Positions 50,128-63,394 of a stretch of 64,000 nucleotides of DNA are shown here, piece by piece. The notes beneath the pieces are model-generated. The model searched no databases. It was not told the origin of the DNA and was given only the letters and a program-made list of their open reading frames with translations. Each line of letters starts with the position of its first letter. The first letter of the stretch is position 1. The position numbers and the translations under genes are program-made. Location: positions 200,570,001 to 200,634,000 of the forward strand of contig NC_042998.1 in assembly GCF_006345805.1 (NCBI RefSeq), written 5' to 3'. This DNA comes from Octopus sinensis. Lineage: Eukaryota.

Positions 50128-51829
50128 TATCTATATATATATATATATATAATATCGACCTGATCGCAGCCAGTAGTAAGCTATCTAGAGGTACTGTTGT
50201 TTGTGTATTCTAGCTACGATCATCTCTCGGAATATATGTGGATGCGAGCGTGTTTACTTCAATCCAGCTACTGAATACCTTTCCCTCCCACTCACTATCA
50301 TTTTCTCCGTGTGTTTGTCTATAATTCTTTCTGCATACCAGCGTGTCTGTTTGTATATATTTCTGTAGGCGTTTCTGTTACATGTACGTGTGTACATATG
50401 TATGTCTGTGGATATGTGTGTGTGTGTGTTTTGTGTCCATCTGTGTGTGCGCTTGCGTACACTTACTTGTGCACTTTATGATATTTTAATGCATGTCTGC
50501 GTATGTAAAATCAATATCTAAATATATGTGTCTTGCAGTTAGCCGATTTTATCAGAGTTTGAAATTTTCGTATTGTTTATATTCTAACATTCATATCGTT
50601 TCTTATCCATTTTTCTTTTTCACACTTGAATATGTTTCTTCAATTGCATTTCTTTAATATTTCCACCTTAAATTTTCTTTCAAAGTATTTCTTCATTCAC
50701 ATAATATTAATCACTTTTTGTTTTCCTATTCTCAATCATTGAATTTTCATCTTCATTCGTCTCCCATCGATTTTAGGTTTTCGTTCATTATTTTCTTTCT
50801 GTATGGTTTCTTCCATCTTTCGCTCTGATTCATCTTTCATCTGTTTCTGTTCTTTCTATATCTATCGTTTATTTTTTTCATCTGATTTCTTTCGTCTTCT
50901 TTCATTCAATTTCTTTCATCTTACACATTCACTCGCTTCCAGTCGACTTTTGTCTTTCATGCATTCTTGCCATTCTTCCAGAGTTTCGTTTCATCTTCAG
51001 AGGTACACTTCTGTTTTTGTCTCTCATTCACATTATGCATTCTTTCTTTAACAGATTACATTGATAATTTTTCATTTAGTCCTCCATCTGTTTTCGTCTT
51101 TCTTTCAAACCTTTGCTCTCCTTTCATCGAATATCTTCAATTTGAGCTTATCGTCTTGTATTGCTTAGCATTTTCCTTTCATTTCAGATCTACTTTATTC
51201 ATCGTATGACGTAGTGAAACAATGTGTCCATATACGCATAGAGAATCGCGCTCACATGAAAGTACTCGTAGAAAGATGCAGTTAGAAACACCTGTATGAA
51301 GACTTTTTTGTTTCCATAAAGCATGTGTACATATCTACATCTATCCATATCAGAATTTATATTTCTGCATATCATGAAAACTATGCCTTTGTTTCCATGA
51401 CTCGTTCACTTTGCTATACACACGCATTCACACAGGATTCCGTCAATCCATCCATCCATTCCTCCATCCATCCATCCATCCATCCATCCATCCATCCATA
51501 CATACATACATACATACATACGTACGTACATACATACATACATACGTATATATACATATATACAAGATCACTATAATCTAACCAAATATCCTAGGCAACA
51601 CTCTCTTAATACTTAAAGGGCTACAAGCAAAACAAGAGCATCTAAACCTTTCAATTAGGCCTAAATTCGCTCTACATTTAAAAGAGGAAATGAAAACGTA
51701 AGCATGTTTCTATGTATATGAGAGTGTATCTACATATGCATATACACGTGTGACCGTGTGTGCATCTAAATACGTATATGTATCTATAATACACACACAC
51801 TTACACACACAAACACACACACACACACA

Positions 51830-51882
<53 letters not shown>

Positions 51883-52423
51883 TGAGAATGTGTGGCGGAG
51901 GGAGAGAGTAAGTAAGAACACATACTTATATATTCGTATGTAAATATCAATTCAACATGAAAACTCTTTGAATACGTTAACGAAATCTCAAAATGTTATG
52001 CTTAAAAAAGCGTTAAAAGTGAATTTGAAGCTTCGCTTGTAGTTTACCTATGGACTGTTATTTACACATGCATAATGATTATGTTCCCTTTTTTTATTTT
52101 CGCATCCACTTATATTAAAAATTTATAAGGGATCCTCTTACATCATAAACGCTACTTAAATACTTTGATTATGGGACTAATGAATTGCACGAAAATGATT
52201 ACCAGAGAAAACTATAGCAATACAACAAATATGAAATTGGAAGAAAAACTGAAGCTATTAAAAAGTGACAGCCAAATAGAAAAGATGCGATAATACATTC
52301 GTGTGTGTGTGTGTATCTATGTGTGCGCGTGTGTATGTGTGTATGTATGTATATATGCATATATGTACATGTGTATGTATGTATATATATATATATATAT
52401 ATCTATATATATATATATACATA

Positions 52424-52605
52424 AGGGAGAATTCACAAAAAAAACCCCAAAGGACCAAGACTGGTGGTGTACAAAACAAACAGATGTATTAGTATAACGC
52501 TCGGGAAGTGAAAATGTCTTTAACGTTTCGAGCCTACGCTCTTCCACATAAAGAAATACAGAAAGAAACAAGGAGAGAAAATAATGTATATGTGGCTAGC
52601 GATCT

Positions 52606-52610
<5 letters not shown>
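52424..52610 (-). mobile_element. Second Penelope-like terminal-repeat family, embedded in (TA)n
   Basis: Minus strand reads CTTT-ATGTGGA-A-GAGC-GTAG-GCTC-GAAA-CGTT-AAAG (degenerate hammerhead layout); a deleted copy lies at 59185-59310. Confidence 0.55.
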
Positions 52611-52655
<45 letters not shown>

Positions 52656-52907
52656 TGTATGTATATTATCCGTAAATAACTTTAGTTGAACCAGCCCCGG
52701 GGCTTACTTCACGCTGATTCTCTTGTTTCCTTTCCTATCAGTAAGAGTGAAGATTTCGTCAGACTCAACCTCACCCATTACAATTTGCGTGCATGTATTT
52801 GTGTGAGGGTTTGCGCATACAGGTGTGCGTCTGCGCGCTCTTATATTTAGATATTTCATATTTTCTGTATTTTCTTTTATGTGTTGAATGCATTTGTATT
52901 AAGTCGA

Positions 52908-53078
52908 GGCGTAAGAATGGCTGTGTGGTAAGTAGCTTGCTTAACAACCACATGGTTCCGGGTTCAGTCCCACTGCGTGGCACCTTGGGCGAGTGTCTTC
53001 TACTATAGCCTCGGGCTGACCAAAGCCTTGTGAGTGGATCTGGTTGACGGAAACTGAAAGAAATCCGTCGTATATATG

Positions 53079-53111
<33 letters not shown>

Positions 53112-53360
53112 ATGTTTGTGTGTATGTATGTGTGTGTGTATGTGTGTGTGCCTGTGTTCCCCCCCCCGCGCACTCAATATCACTTGACAACCGATGCTGG
53201 TGTGTTTACGTCCCCGTAAATTAGCGGCTCGGCAAAAGAGACCGATAGAATAAGTACTAGGCAAGTCCTAGGGTCGATTTCCTCGACTAAAGGCGGTGCT
53301 CCAGCATGGCTGCAGTCAAACGACTGAAACAAGTAAAAGTGTGAAAGTGTGAAAGAGTAA
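52908..53360 (+). mobile_element. SINE family A, full length
   Basis: Head TGGCTGTGTGGTAAGTAGCTTGC, CORE-like CACCTTGGGCGAGTGTCTT, internal TA/TG repeat, tail GACTGAAACAAGTAAAAG(TGTGAAAG)n. Confidence 0.92.
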
Positions 53361-56009
53361 GTCATATTAATGCATTTAAGCCTCTATTTGTCATGTACGA
53401 GTCCTTATTTTGGTTGTTCTTAACGTTTACAAAGTTTTGTGCGCACGTTTGCATTCCTGTTATTGGTATATTCAGCTTGTGTCAGCGAGAAATTTTAAGC
53501 CTTCCTCAAACCGGTTGACTGATTACACCGATGTGAATAAGTGAAAAATATAACAACTAGCATATGTACGGTGATAGCTGCAAAGAAATCATTGACACAC
53601 TTCTTTTAGAAGCTATTACATTTGGGGATAAACCTTTGCCGGAAGTACTGGTTGATATCTTCTTTTTCTTTTTTGTACCAATTGACGACGGTCAGTCTCG
53701 AGTTAGAATTCCTTGAACCTTGGCAGTGCAGTTATAGTTTATGAAAGAGAAATAGTTGATTACTACAATGAAGCGACGACAGGTAGTCGTCGAAATAACT
53801 ATGTGAATTGAGAAAACGGAAAGAACGTTTAGAGACAGAGTGGGATAGAGAAAGAGGAAGAGAGAGAGAAATTCCTACACAAATACATACACACTCACAG
53901 ACATGTAGTGGAATTGATTTAATCCTAACGCAATTTCCAATCACAAAAGAAGTCTCATTGTTATCTAAAATTACAAAAACATAATGCTTTCGAAATCCAA
54001 CATCGTTTCTTTTTTCAATTTTCTATTCTTAGATAAGATATGTGGAAAGAATTAAGTAATTATCTTGGAAAGTTTTGAATGATCATACCTATAGATTAAG
54101 GAGAACTGCTCCCTTTGATGTACACTTGACCCAAATTCAATCTTCAGCTGCTTCATATTCATATTTTTGCCTACACTTATCTACCTGGGAAAGTCCGCAA
54201 TACTACACAATATCAAACAGATTATATAAAGAATTTTCAGTTTTGCTGAAACTTGAAAAGTGAAGATAAAAAAAAAACTGATCGTAGACTTAGAATATTA
54301 TGTTACCATTTTATCATTCTTTGTGTTGAGCATTTACGTTTTAAATAGGTTAGTATGATTCGTCTGCGCGGAGATGAGAATCTATGACACGTACTTTTCA
54401 ATCTTTATATATAGCAGAATATAATTTATTTTACTTCTGATTCCTCAAAAGCATTCTTTATATATTACATTTACCGTCAAGTGAAATTGCAATGAAAATT
54501 AATGCAGAGAAAAGCAAATAATGAAACGAAGAAACAATAATCATTGTCTGATTAAGGAGAAAAAATGTTTATCTATATCAAGTAAATAACTTAAATCCCT
54601 TGGAGCAGCTATATATCTTTTTTTAAAAACAAAAGTAATGTTATATAATTGTAGCGTCTGATTGAAAATTGATGAGTCCAAAAGCTAAGGGAAGAAATTC
54701 CAATCGATTTCTGAACTCTAATGAATATATTTGCTAATAGCAATAAAATACGCAAAATAACCAAATAAGTGGTTTTAAAATCCAAACTAGAAATCAGAAA
54801 GAACACATGAAAATATACATCTATTACGTCTTATGGAAAATAAGTGTTTGTGTGATTTTCTGTAAATAGAAATGCACACGGAATTTGTCTATCTGCATTA
54901 TATATATATACGTACTTACATACACACACGAACCCAGATGCGCGCACACACTCACACGTGACGTGTTTTAATGTTTACCAAAATTATATGCTCAACTGAA
55001 ACTTGTGTATAAAATGAAAGATGTACTGACTTTTTAAATCTAGGTCTTTATATCTTCTCTGCTGCCATACTAGTCTCACATATGTTCGTTCCTACGTGCT
55101 CCTGGGAAAATATACCCTGACACATCATGTTTCTATTTGGCGAAATTCGGTGAAGCTACTGTATGAAGTACAAAATCTCATAAAATATGTGTTAAACACG
55201 AGTGGCTCAATGAACGACTTGTGTTACAACATATGTTTCAGTTCAATTTATCTATGTTTCCCATTCTTTCTCTTCCTTATGCTCTCTCTCTCTCTCTTAT
55301 TTTCCCTCTCTCACATTCTCTCCCCACTCTCTCCGCGTGTTTCTACTTACAAGTTCACGAAGTCTGTTATATTGTACATATAATTGCATTTGAATTATTA
55401 TGATAATATATCTGGCATCACGAAAAAATAGGAAGCATTTGCGCCCTTAGCACCTAGTTTTAATAGCTATCCAAGACATCAAAATGTTTTTCATCAAGTT
55501 TTATACTCCACTATTGGAAGTGCCAGCCGATGTTGTTGTACATATATCTATATCTATATACATACATACATACCTACATATATATATGTATATGTATGTA
55601 TCTATGTAGGTATGTGTGCAAGTGTATTTACATACATATGTACGTACGTGCTAGTACATTCTTAGTTGGTGCTTTTACTATGCTGGAATGATATTAGTTG
55701 AGGCTTTTACTATCTACTTATTGACTATTGATTTATTTATAGGCTGGTAGTTTTGACTGTCTTCTTCGTTAATGCTTTTGCAATTTGAATTGCAAAGAGT
55801 TGTTAGCAAAATTCGTCTTCCTTGAAGGAGCGGTTATCTACAAAGAAGTTTATTGTTAATAGGTGTGGCTTTACAGCCGTGATATTAATTAAAAGTTCAG
55901 TGTACTATAACGCTTCATTTGACAATTTATTCAATTAGTTCGATCGCAGTATATCAAAGCTAACTAAGCATTTCTCTGTGTATTCATCTAGCCATATATT
56001 TATTGTGTG

Positions 56010-56043
<34 letters not shown>

Positions 56044-56460
56044 AACATATAATATATATAGATAGATAGAAATCTGTCCTTATTATGTATCTATATTTTA
56101 AAGAAAACCATACGCGCATACTCATGGCAGAGTTCACTGTTTCTTGAAGTTTCACCTTTCTGGCTTATTCAGACTAACCGGTTGATGCATTGATGCAACA
56201 CGTTTTTAATATTCATAATTGATTAGCAAAATATTATTTGTAACAAGGAGGTGCTCCAGCCTTGCCGCTGACTTTGAGCTGGAACACATAAAGGAATAAA
56301 GGAACATACGCAGTCAAACATATACACGCTCAAAAACACATGTATACACACAGATATATGCGCGTGTGTGTGGAAATATATATGTACATTTGTATGGGCA
56401 TTATATATATTAGTTCAATATGTCCAAACAATTATGTATATATAATATATATATATATAT

Positions 56461-56518
<58 letters not shown>

Positions 56519-56869
56519 TAGCAATAATAATAATAACATAAATAATATATAAATATATGCATATATACGTACATATATGTACATACCTACATCTATATGT
56601 ATATAGATGCATATATGGGTACAGGACAACAAAAAAGCTTTGAACACAATGAGAAACGAAATCATAAAAACAATATATATATATATATATATATAGTGTG
56701 TGTGTGCGTGTATACATTAATGTATAAAAATATGCACACATGCAAACACGTGGGTAAATACGCACCCACTCACATAGAGTTCACAACAAAACACTTTCGT
56801 CATGAGATATTAGGTGGTAATAAAAACGATTTTGCAGAGTTCGGCAAAATAATTTAGTTGTTTTTCCCT

Positions 56870-57330
56870 TGAGGCCTTTGTCGTTGTCTGAATGGATTTG
56901 ATGCGGTTGTGCCAGTTAGATAAGTTGTTACATAGAAGGATAGCCAGGTAGAAAAGAGATAAATATAGAAATGGCTGAGCGCGGTAGTGGAGAATAACGT
57001 AATATACAGAATGTCAAAGGTGATAGATAGTGGACGGCATGTACAGAATTTAGAGAAAATGGCGATATATTAATGGTTATTAAGAAGTAGTTAATGTTAT
57101 TAAGTACAATATTTACTAAGAGAGCGTGCCTTCATTTATTTTTCTGCATACATTTGTGGTTATAAAATAAAGGAAATAGCGGTGGAAGTAGAGGAATTTT
57201 GTCAAGGGGCAATTGTAGGAGAGGTGAATGCGTGTACTTAATATGCGTCGACTGAGATTTCAGACATTTAATTCTATGCCTGAGAGTAACTTCATATTTA
57301 TAGAATATTAGCAGAGATACCTGGCTTTGC
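56870..57330 (-). pseudogene. Possible old CR1-group LINE 3' fragment
   Basis: Minus-strand LQLPL and LYFHRYF resemble CR1-type ORF2 C-termini; very degenerate. Confidence 0.3.
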
Positions 57331-57364
57331 TTATGATTAAAATGGTATAGTTACTTTTCTATTG

Positions 57365-57648
57365 TTTTACTTGTTTCAGGAATATGAATAAGGCCGTCCT
57401 GGAGCACAATCGTTGTTCGAAGAAATCGACAATGGCATTTATTCTTTGTAAATCTAATGTTTATTCGAAAGTGTCTTTTGTCAAACCGCTAAGTTATAGG
57501 AACATAAATACAGCAATATCAGTTGCCAAGCAATGTTGGGTGTACAAACACAGACACAGACACACAGATACACACAAATATAAGCATGTATACGACAGTT
57601 TTCTTTCAGTTTCGTGTACAAAATCCACTCACAAGGATTTGGTCGGCA
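57365..57648 (-). mobile_element. Old degenerate SINE family A
   Basis: TTTTACTTGTTTCAG...CTGGAGCAC...AAATCCACTCACAAGG.TTTGGTCGGC. Confidence 0.7.
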
Positions 57649-57689
57649 CTCTTTGTGTTTTCATGTTTCGATTAATTTTATGTACCGCA

Positions 57690-58076
57690 CGCTCACACGG
57701 ACCTCGGCCTTCCGACTGCCTTGGATAACCAATTCCTGGGTTTTACACCTACGGATTACTGTTACCATTTATCCGGAGTACGCCACTGTGATCGTGATTG
57801 GAAATCCCCAAAATCTGTCCGTGACTCTTCGACTTTTTCTCATCCTCTTTTTACATTTCTTCTTTTACTTCTACTTTTATCCTTTTGTCGCCACCGTTTA
57901 CCCCTACACGGACATTCACACCAACTGACCGAGTGTGTATCGTTGGCGATTTCTTTTCTCGTCTTCCCTTCCTTGGATCTTTCCTTCTCCTATGTTTCTG
58001 ACGTCCAATAACACTATACTTGTTTTCCTCGCGTTGATGTCTTTTCTCTTTGTGTTTTCATGTTAGGATTAACTTT
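57690..58076 (+). mobile_element. Penelope-like 3' fragment; the hammerhead segment is deleted
   Basis: CTTCCCTTCCTTGGATCTTTCCTT.TCCTATGTTTCTGACG is joined directly to TCCAATAACACTATAC; the end GGATTAACTTT matches 4745-4942 and 58777-58968. Confidence 0.6.
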
Positions 58077-58083
58077 ACGCGCG

Positions 58084-58119
<36 letters not shown>

Positions 58120-58239
58120 AAACTTAGATAAAACTTAGATATGTTTCGACCAGAGATTGGTCCAGGTCATGTCTAACTTAATATACAAACATGTATATAA
58201 ATACATAATGAACCTAATACAAATAAAAGTATTGTATAT

Positions 58240-58547
58240 ATACAAAGTGTAATAAATTGAGAAAACTCTTAAAAGTGAAAGTAGTATCTCACGTTACTGT
58301 TATTATTTCACTTTTGACGCGTAATACCGAATTAGTGTTAGAGATAAGAGATTTCTCCGGGCTCACACGAGGAAAACTATTGAAATTCTTTTGGCCCATG
58401 ACACTGTATGTACACTAAGTAAGTCGCGTGGAAAATTTGGACGAGATCGGTTAGGTAGTTGTCGGCTTTTAGTGATGCACACATACAGACAGACTGACTC
58501 ACACACACACAGACGCACAAACATTCTTAATTATATATATGTAGAAG
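58240..58547 (-). mobile_element. Possible non-autonomous Helitron-like element
   Basis: Minus strand: TATATATAATTAAG..GTCTGTCTGTATG...CCTAACCGATCTCGTCCAAATTTT, similar in layout to 31912-32055. Confidence 0.35.
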
Positions 58548-58597
58548 TGATGCTGTACTTTGGCAGAAAAGCTAAAGTCTTTGAGAGAATGCCCCGA

Positions 58598-58738
58598 TAA
58601 GAAGTGTGCTTCCTAACAACATGCCTCCGGGTTCAGTCCCATTGCGTCGCACTTTGGAATATTGTTTTCTATATCACCGTGTCAACAAAAATCTTGGTAG
58701 CAGTTTTGGTTGACAGAACTTGAAAGAATCCTGTCGTG

Positions 58739-58740
<2 letters not shown>
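58598..58740 (+). mobile_element. Degenerate SINE family A 5' fragment
   Basis: CCGGGTTCAGTCCCATTGCGTCGCACTTTGG...TTGAAAGAATCCTGTCG. Confidence 0.65.
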
Positions 58741-58776
<36 letters not shown>

Positions 58777-58778
<2 letters not shown>

Positions 58779-58963
58779 TTGGTGATTCTTTTCCTCCGTC
58801 TTCCCTTCCTTGGATCTATCCTTTTCCTATGTTTCTGACGATGATCTCCGCTCGTAACGTTAAATCCTCCTTCTTTCTTTCCTTTCCTGAGCGTCCAATA
58901 ACACTATACTTGTTCCACGTCCTCGCGCTGTTGTGTTTTCCCTTTGTGTTTTCATGTTTGGAT

Positions 58964-58968
<5 letters not shown>
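58777..58968 (+). mobile_element. Penelope-like terminal repeat in (TA)n, mutated hammerhead core
   Basis: Collinear with 4745-4942; core reads TTTCTGACGATGATCTCCGCTCGTAACGTTAAA; (TA)n on both sides. Confidence 0.65.
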
Positions 58969-59045
<77 letters not shown>

Positions 59046-59184
59046 AAGTAAGCAGTTTACTTCCCTACGTCATTGCGTGGCAACATGGGCTAATGACTTC
59101 TAACATAGCCTCTGGCTGGCCTGGTCCTTCCGAGCGGGTTTGTCAATGTTAACTGAAAGTTGCCTCTCGTACATATATATATAT

Positions 59185-59310
59185 AGGGAGAATTCACAAA
59201 AAATGAAAAAAAGTCTGTAAAGATTCGAGCCTACGCTCTACAACAGAAAGGGCCACAGAAAGAAACAAGGAGAGAAAATAAAGAATGTGTGGTGGCTAGC
59301 GTTCTATCAT
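59185..59310 (-). mobile_element. Internally deleted copy of the 52424-52610 family
   Basis: AGGGAGAATTCACAAAA...TTCGAGCCTACGCTCT...AAGAAACAAGGAGAGAAAATA...GGCTAGCG.TCTATCAT. Confidence 0.7.
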
Positions 59311-59469
59311 ATATTTATACTCTTTGGCTCGTTTCAGTCATGATGTGTGCTGGATATGGTGTATGCAGGATTTGAACTAATAAATTAGGAACGATTATTA
59401 TTAAATATACTAACGAGTCTTTCATTTCACCTGAAATGTGTCTCTGTGTGCCCGCGTGCGCATTTTCAA

Positions 59470-59680
59470 TTCTTTCATTGTTGGCACAAGACCAGTAATT
59501 TTGGGAAGTAGGTTAGTCGATTACATCGCCCAGCACTCAAATGGTACTACTGTTATCGATCCCGTAAACAGGAAAAGCAAAGCCGGCTTCAGCGCAATTT
59601 GAACGCAGAATATTAAGACGGAAAAATGTCGCAAAACATTTCACCCGCTGGACTGATGATTCGCCCGGTTCTCTGCGTTA
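59470..59680 (-). mobile_element. Old degenerate SINE (B/C-related)
   Basis: AGTCGATTACATCG...GGTACT...TATCGATCCCG...AATTTGAAC.CAGAA. Confidence 0.6.
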
Positions 59681-59792
59681 TTCTTTCATTAAATAGTAAT
59701 ACATTATTTGTTGCCAAGAGTACTAAATATCATTTTGAACATTGGCATTATGTATTACTGAGACGATCCTTAATTTAAATGCATATACCCGA

Positions 59793-60075
59793 CTTTACGC
59801 TTTTACGCTTTTACTTGTTTCAGTCATTTGACTGCGGCCATGCTGGAGCACCGCCTTTAGTCGAGCAAATCGACCCCGGGACTTATTCTATCGGTCTCTT
59901 TTGCCGAACCGCTAAGTGACGGGGACGTAAACACACCAGCATCGGTTGTCAAGCAATGCTAGAGGGACAAACACAGACACACAAACACAAACATATATAT
60001 ATATACATATATACGACAGGCTTCTTTCAGTTTCCGTCTACCAAATCCACTCACAAGGTTTTGGTCGGCCCGAGG
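59793..60075 (-). mobile_element. 5'-truncated SINE family A
   Basis: Reverse complement of the family A tail and core; tail repeat (AAAGCGT)n. Confidence 0.9.
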
Positions 60076-62953
60076 TTAAACTTGTAATATCTTATTTTAT
60101 TTTAAGATTCCTATTGAGTATATTTTAACCAATACTCTGTTTATTCTTTCACGTCCATCTAGCGTTAATTTTCATGAAGACGTAGTCAATTCGACGTCGT
60201 TGGATAATGGCATTCAAGACATAATAATATTATGCAGTAATGAAAGTATGGTGTCTCATGATTACTGGATGAAGTCTAATTATCTCCCTTACTTGACCGC
60301 ACATTATGTCTTGTTGGTCATTCAGGAGCTGGCTGCAATTAATCAAAATGAAGACAGACAGCGAATAAATTAAAATATGAATTGTAAATATGTTGTGTGT
60401 GTGTGTGTGTATGTGTGTGTGTGTGTGTATGTGTGAATGAGTGTGTGTTCATACAAACGTCTATATATTTGTGTGTGTTTGCGTGAGCGTGAAGGTATGT
60501 ATTCAGCTACAATTGGAGAACATCTTTTAAAATTTAAGGAGAAAGGAAACTCTTTCGAATAAACACCCATTCAGCATTCTAATAAGTAAAACTGCATTTT
60601 ATTATGTGGTAAGAATTGGGATGTTCTTTGGCTTATTGCATTTCGCCTCTGCATTATCTTAAAATTTTTTTTTCTATTTTCCTTTTGAAAATTTCTGCAT
60701 TTAATTTCGAAATAAAATACGAAACATGCATTTCTGATATAATTCTTTTCATGCGGTTTGCTGCCAAACAAATCAAAGTTATAATATATCATAGTCAGAG
60801 AGTTAATAAACTCTATTGAAAGTGAAGTCTCATGAGATTGTTATCACGTTTGAAAGAAATATTTCTTAATTTTGGGGATACAATATCAAATTCACAACAA
60901 TTGTTATGTCGGATAAATCATGTTCGTGTTTAGTTTGAAGATTCTGTTATTTATGAAACCTGACATATTTTACATTGTAACTTCACTCCTTATTAAATTG
61001 TTAAGCTGAAATTATGATTTATTAACAATCTAGTCTGTGGACGAATCATATATTAACCAATGAAAGATTAGAATGTTCTCAAGGAGGCATTATGCAAACT
61101 ACATGGCTTACAAATAATGTTATCAAATTTTAAATAGTAAAAATATTTATTTTGCCTCACTACTTAATCAAACAGGTTATAGTTCGATCCTGCAAGTGAA
61201 CAGTTGAGAGAAATTGCCGACGAGGGCGTTAATATGGTAGAAAAAACATTAGTATAAAATCGTACAAATTTAACTTTTGCAATTTTATATTTTGCCAGAG
61301 AAAATAAATTATTGATTAAAAATATGTATCTTGATTACAAGTTATATAATGCTGTAGGTAACAGATCAAAGAAATCTAAGCTAACTTAATAGCGTATATT
61401 TATTACTTCTTGCCAGGTTATTTGTATATCTACAGTATCAACAAAATATTAATATATTTGCAATATATTAATGCATTTATTTGATTGAAGGTTTATATTT
61501 GTTGTTTGTTTATATTCTCTACTTGTCAATCCGGTAATCATCTCTGTTGGTGTAATTTCATTTCGATAAGATACTATCGAAAAAGAAAAATATATAGTGT
61601 AGGTAGTAAAGCAAGTCACCAAACAGAAACTTATAATATCCAGTATATGTACCAATATATACAAATGTAATAATAACTCATTTCCTCAAACTATATCGAC
61701 ACACAGACATATGCATATCATCATAAATATGTTTGCACACAGTTTTCTACGATACATCACTTGTGTATAGGCAATTAATAAAAATAGCATCATAAGATTA
61801 CTTTATCAATATATTTCATAGAATGATCAGTAACAGAAAAAAACAATATATATATACAGAAAAAAAAGTGTTGATATAAAAGTTAGGTGTCTAAATATTG
61901 TATATGCATAAGTAGGTTAACTTGTTTCCTTGGCAGCTAACCTAGATACCAAACAGTCTGCACAAATATTAAGTTTCAGTCAGTTTAGGAATTACTTTAT
62001 AGCATGTTGAAAACTCTTTCTTCGTATAATTATCAAATATCACTTGTCTCTATAGTGAACACGTGCGACACGGCGAGCAGGTGGTCACTAGACATCGATG
62101 TCTGATGATTAATTAGATTTAGGTGCCGAATGCTACATTAGGTATATTTTAATTGCTATTACGCATAAATGTTCATTGTTCGCTTGTCTGCAAAGGCAAT
62201 ATGGACCAATAAGCAATACAGTAAAATCAAATTTACACGAACACTGATTGCGAAGCAAAAGAATACTTAACACATCTCGCTGTCTTAATGTTTCACTTCT
62301 ATAATATATATATATTATCCGGTCAACTAATATTCACTTATGTTCTCAGTTTTTGGAAGGTAGAAATATTCCTATTAACAATTCAGTTTTGCTAGCTCTA
62401 AATCACTTTATGTACATACGCTCGCTGACACACAGGCGCTCGCTAGCACACCCCATACACACAAAAGTAGAGAAAGGGAAGAAAGATATCGATTTAATAG
62501 TGATAAATGTAGCTCGTTGGAAGCATTGTGGAATGTGAAGAAAAACATATAACAGTTATTTAGAAAACCACTGTAATATATTTGACGGCAAATTAAATGT
62601 GAATAGGAAGGAATATACATGTCTGACTTAAAGTAATTAATAACCTGATATTTCTGGCGAAAATATGGGTATATTTAGAGGGGTCGGATAGGCTGAACGT
62701 ATCTGGGCGAATTGGAGATTCAGTTTGAAAAACTAGGTAAAACAGGGTATTTTTGAAGTGCGATACGTATCGCTTTCACTGGTTATTTAACGTAGATCTT
62801 TCGTCTTTTTCAAAAAGTAGACTACGCGTGTGAGAGTTGGAGATAAAGCGGTACCGACTCCCCACTTTTCAGGTAGCTGTGGGTGTTCTGATGTAAGTTA
62901 CCATTTCTGTTTTTTTTCCTTCAAAACACCAACAGTTGATGGCGGGTATGATG

Positions 62954-63394
62954 AAGGCGGCAAGCTGGCAGAATCGTTAAGCACGTCGGGCGAAATGCCT
63001 AGGGGTATTTCGTCTGCCGCTACGTTCTGAGTTCAAATTCCGCCGAGGTCGACTTTGCCTATCAAGCTTTCGATGTCGATAAATTAAGCACCAATTACGC
63101 ACTGGGGTCGATATAATCGACTTAATCTGTTTGCGTGTCCTTGTTTGTCCCCTCTGTGTTTAGCCCCTTGAGGGCAATAAAGAAATAAGAATCGTTAAGC
63201 ACGTCGGGCGAAATGCTTAGCAGTATTTCGTCTGCCGCTACGTTCTGAGTTCAAATTCCGGCGAGGTCGACTTTGCCTATCATCCTTTCGAGGTCGATAA
63301 ATTAAGCACCAGTTACGCACTGGGGTCGATATAATCGACTTAATCCGTATGTATGTCCTCTCTGTGTTTAGCCCCTTGTGGGTAGTAAAGAAAT
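62954..63394 (+). mobile_element. Head-to-tail dimer of SINE family B (62954-63187 and 63188-63394) with a TGATGAAG target-site duplication
   Basis: The second unit lacks the first ~16 nt of the head; both units share private variants; TGATGAAG at 62949-62956 and 63400-63407. Confidence 0.9.

Noticed and set aside
50550-51210. Strongly pyrimidine-rich strand that could encode a K/E/R-rich protein on the minus strand
   Set aside because: Stops occur in all minus frames; it looks like a decayed simple repeat.
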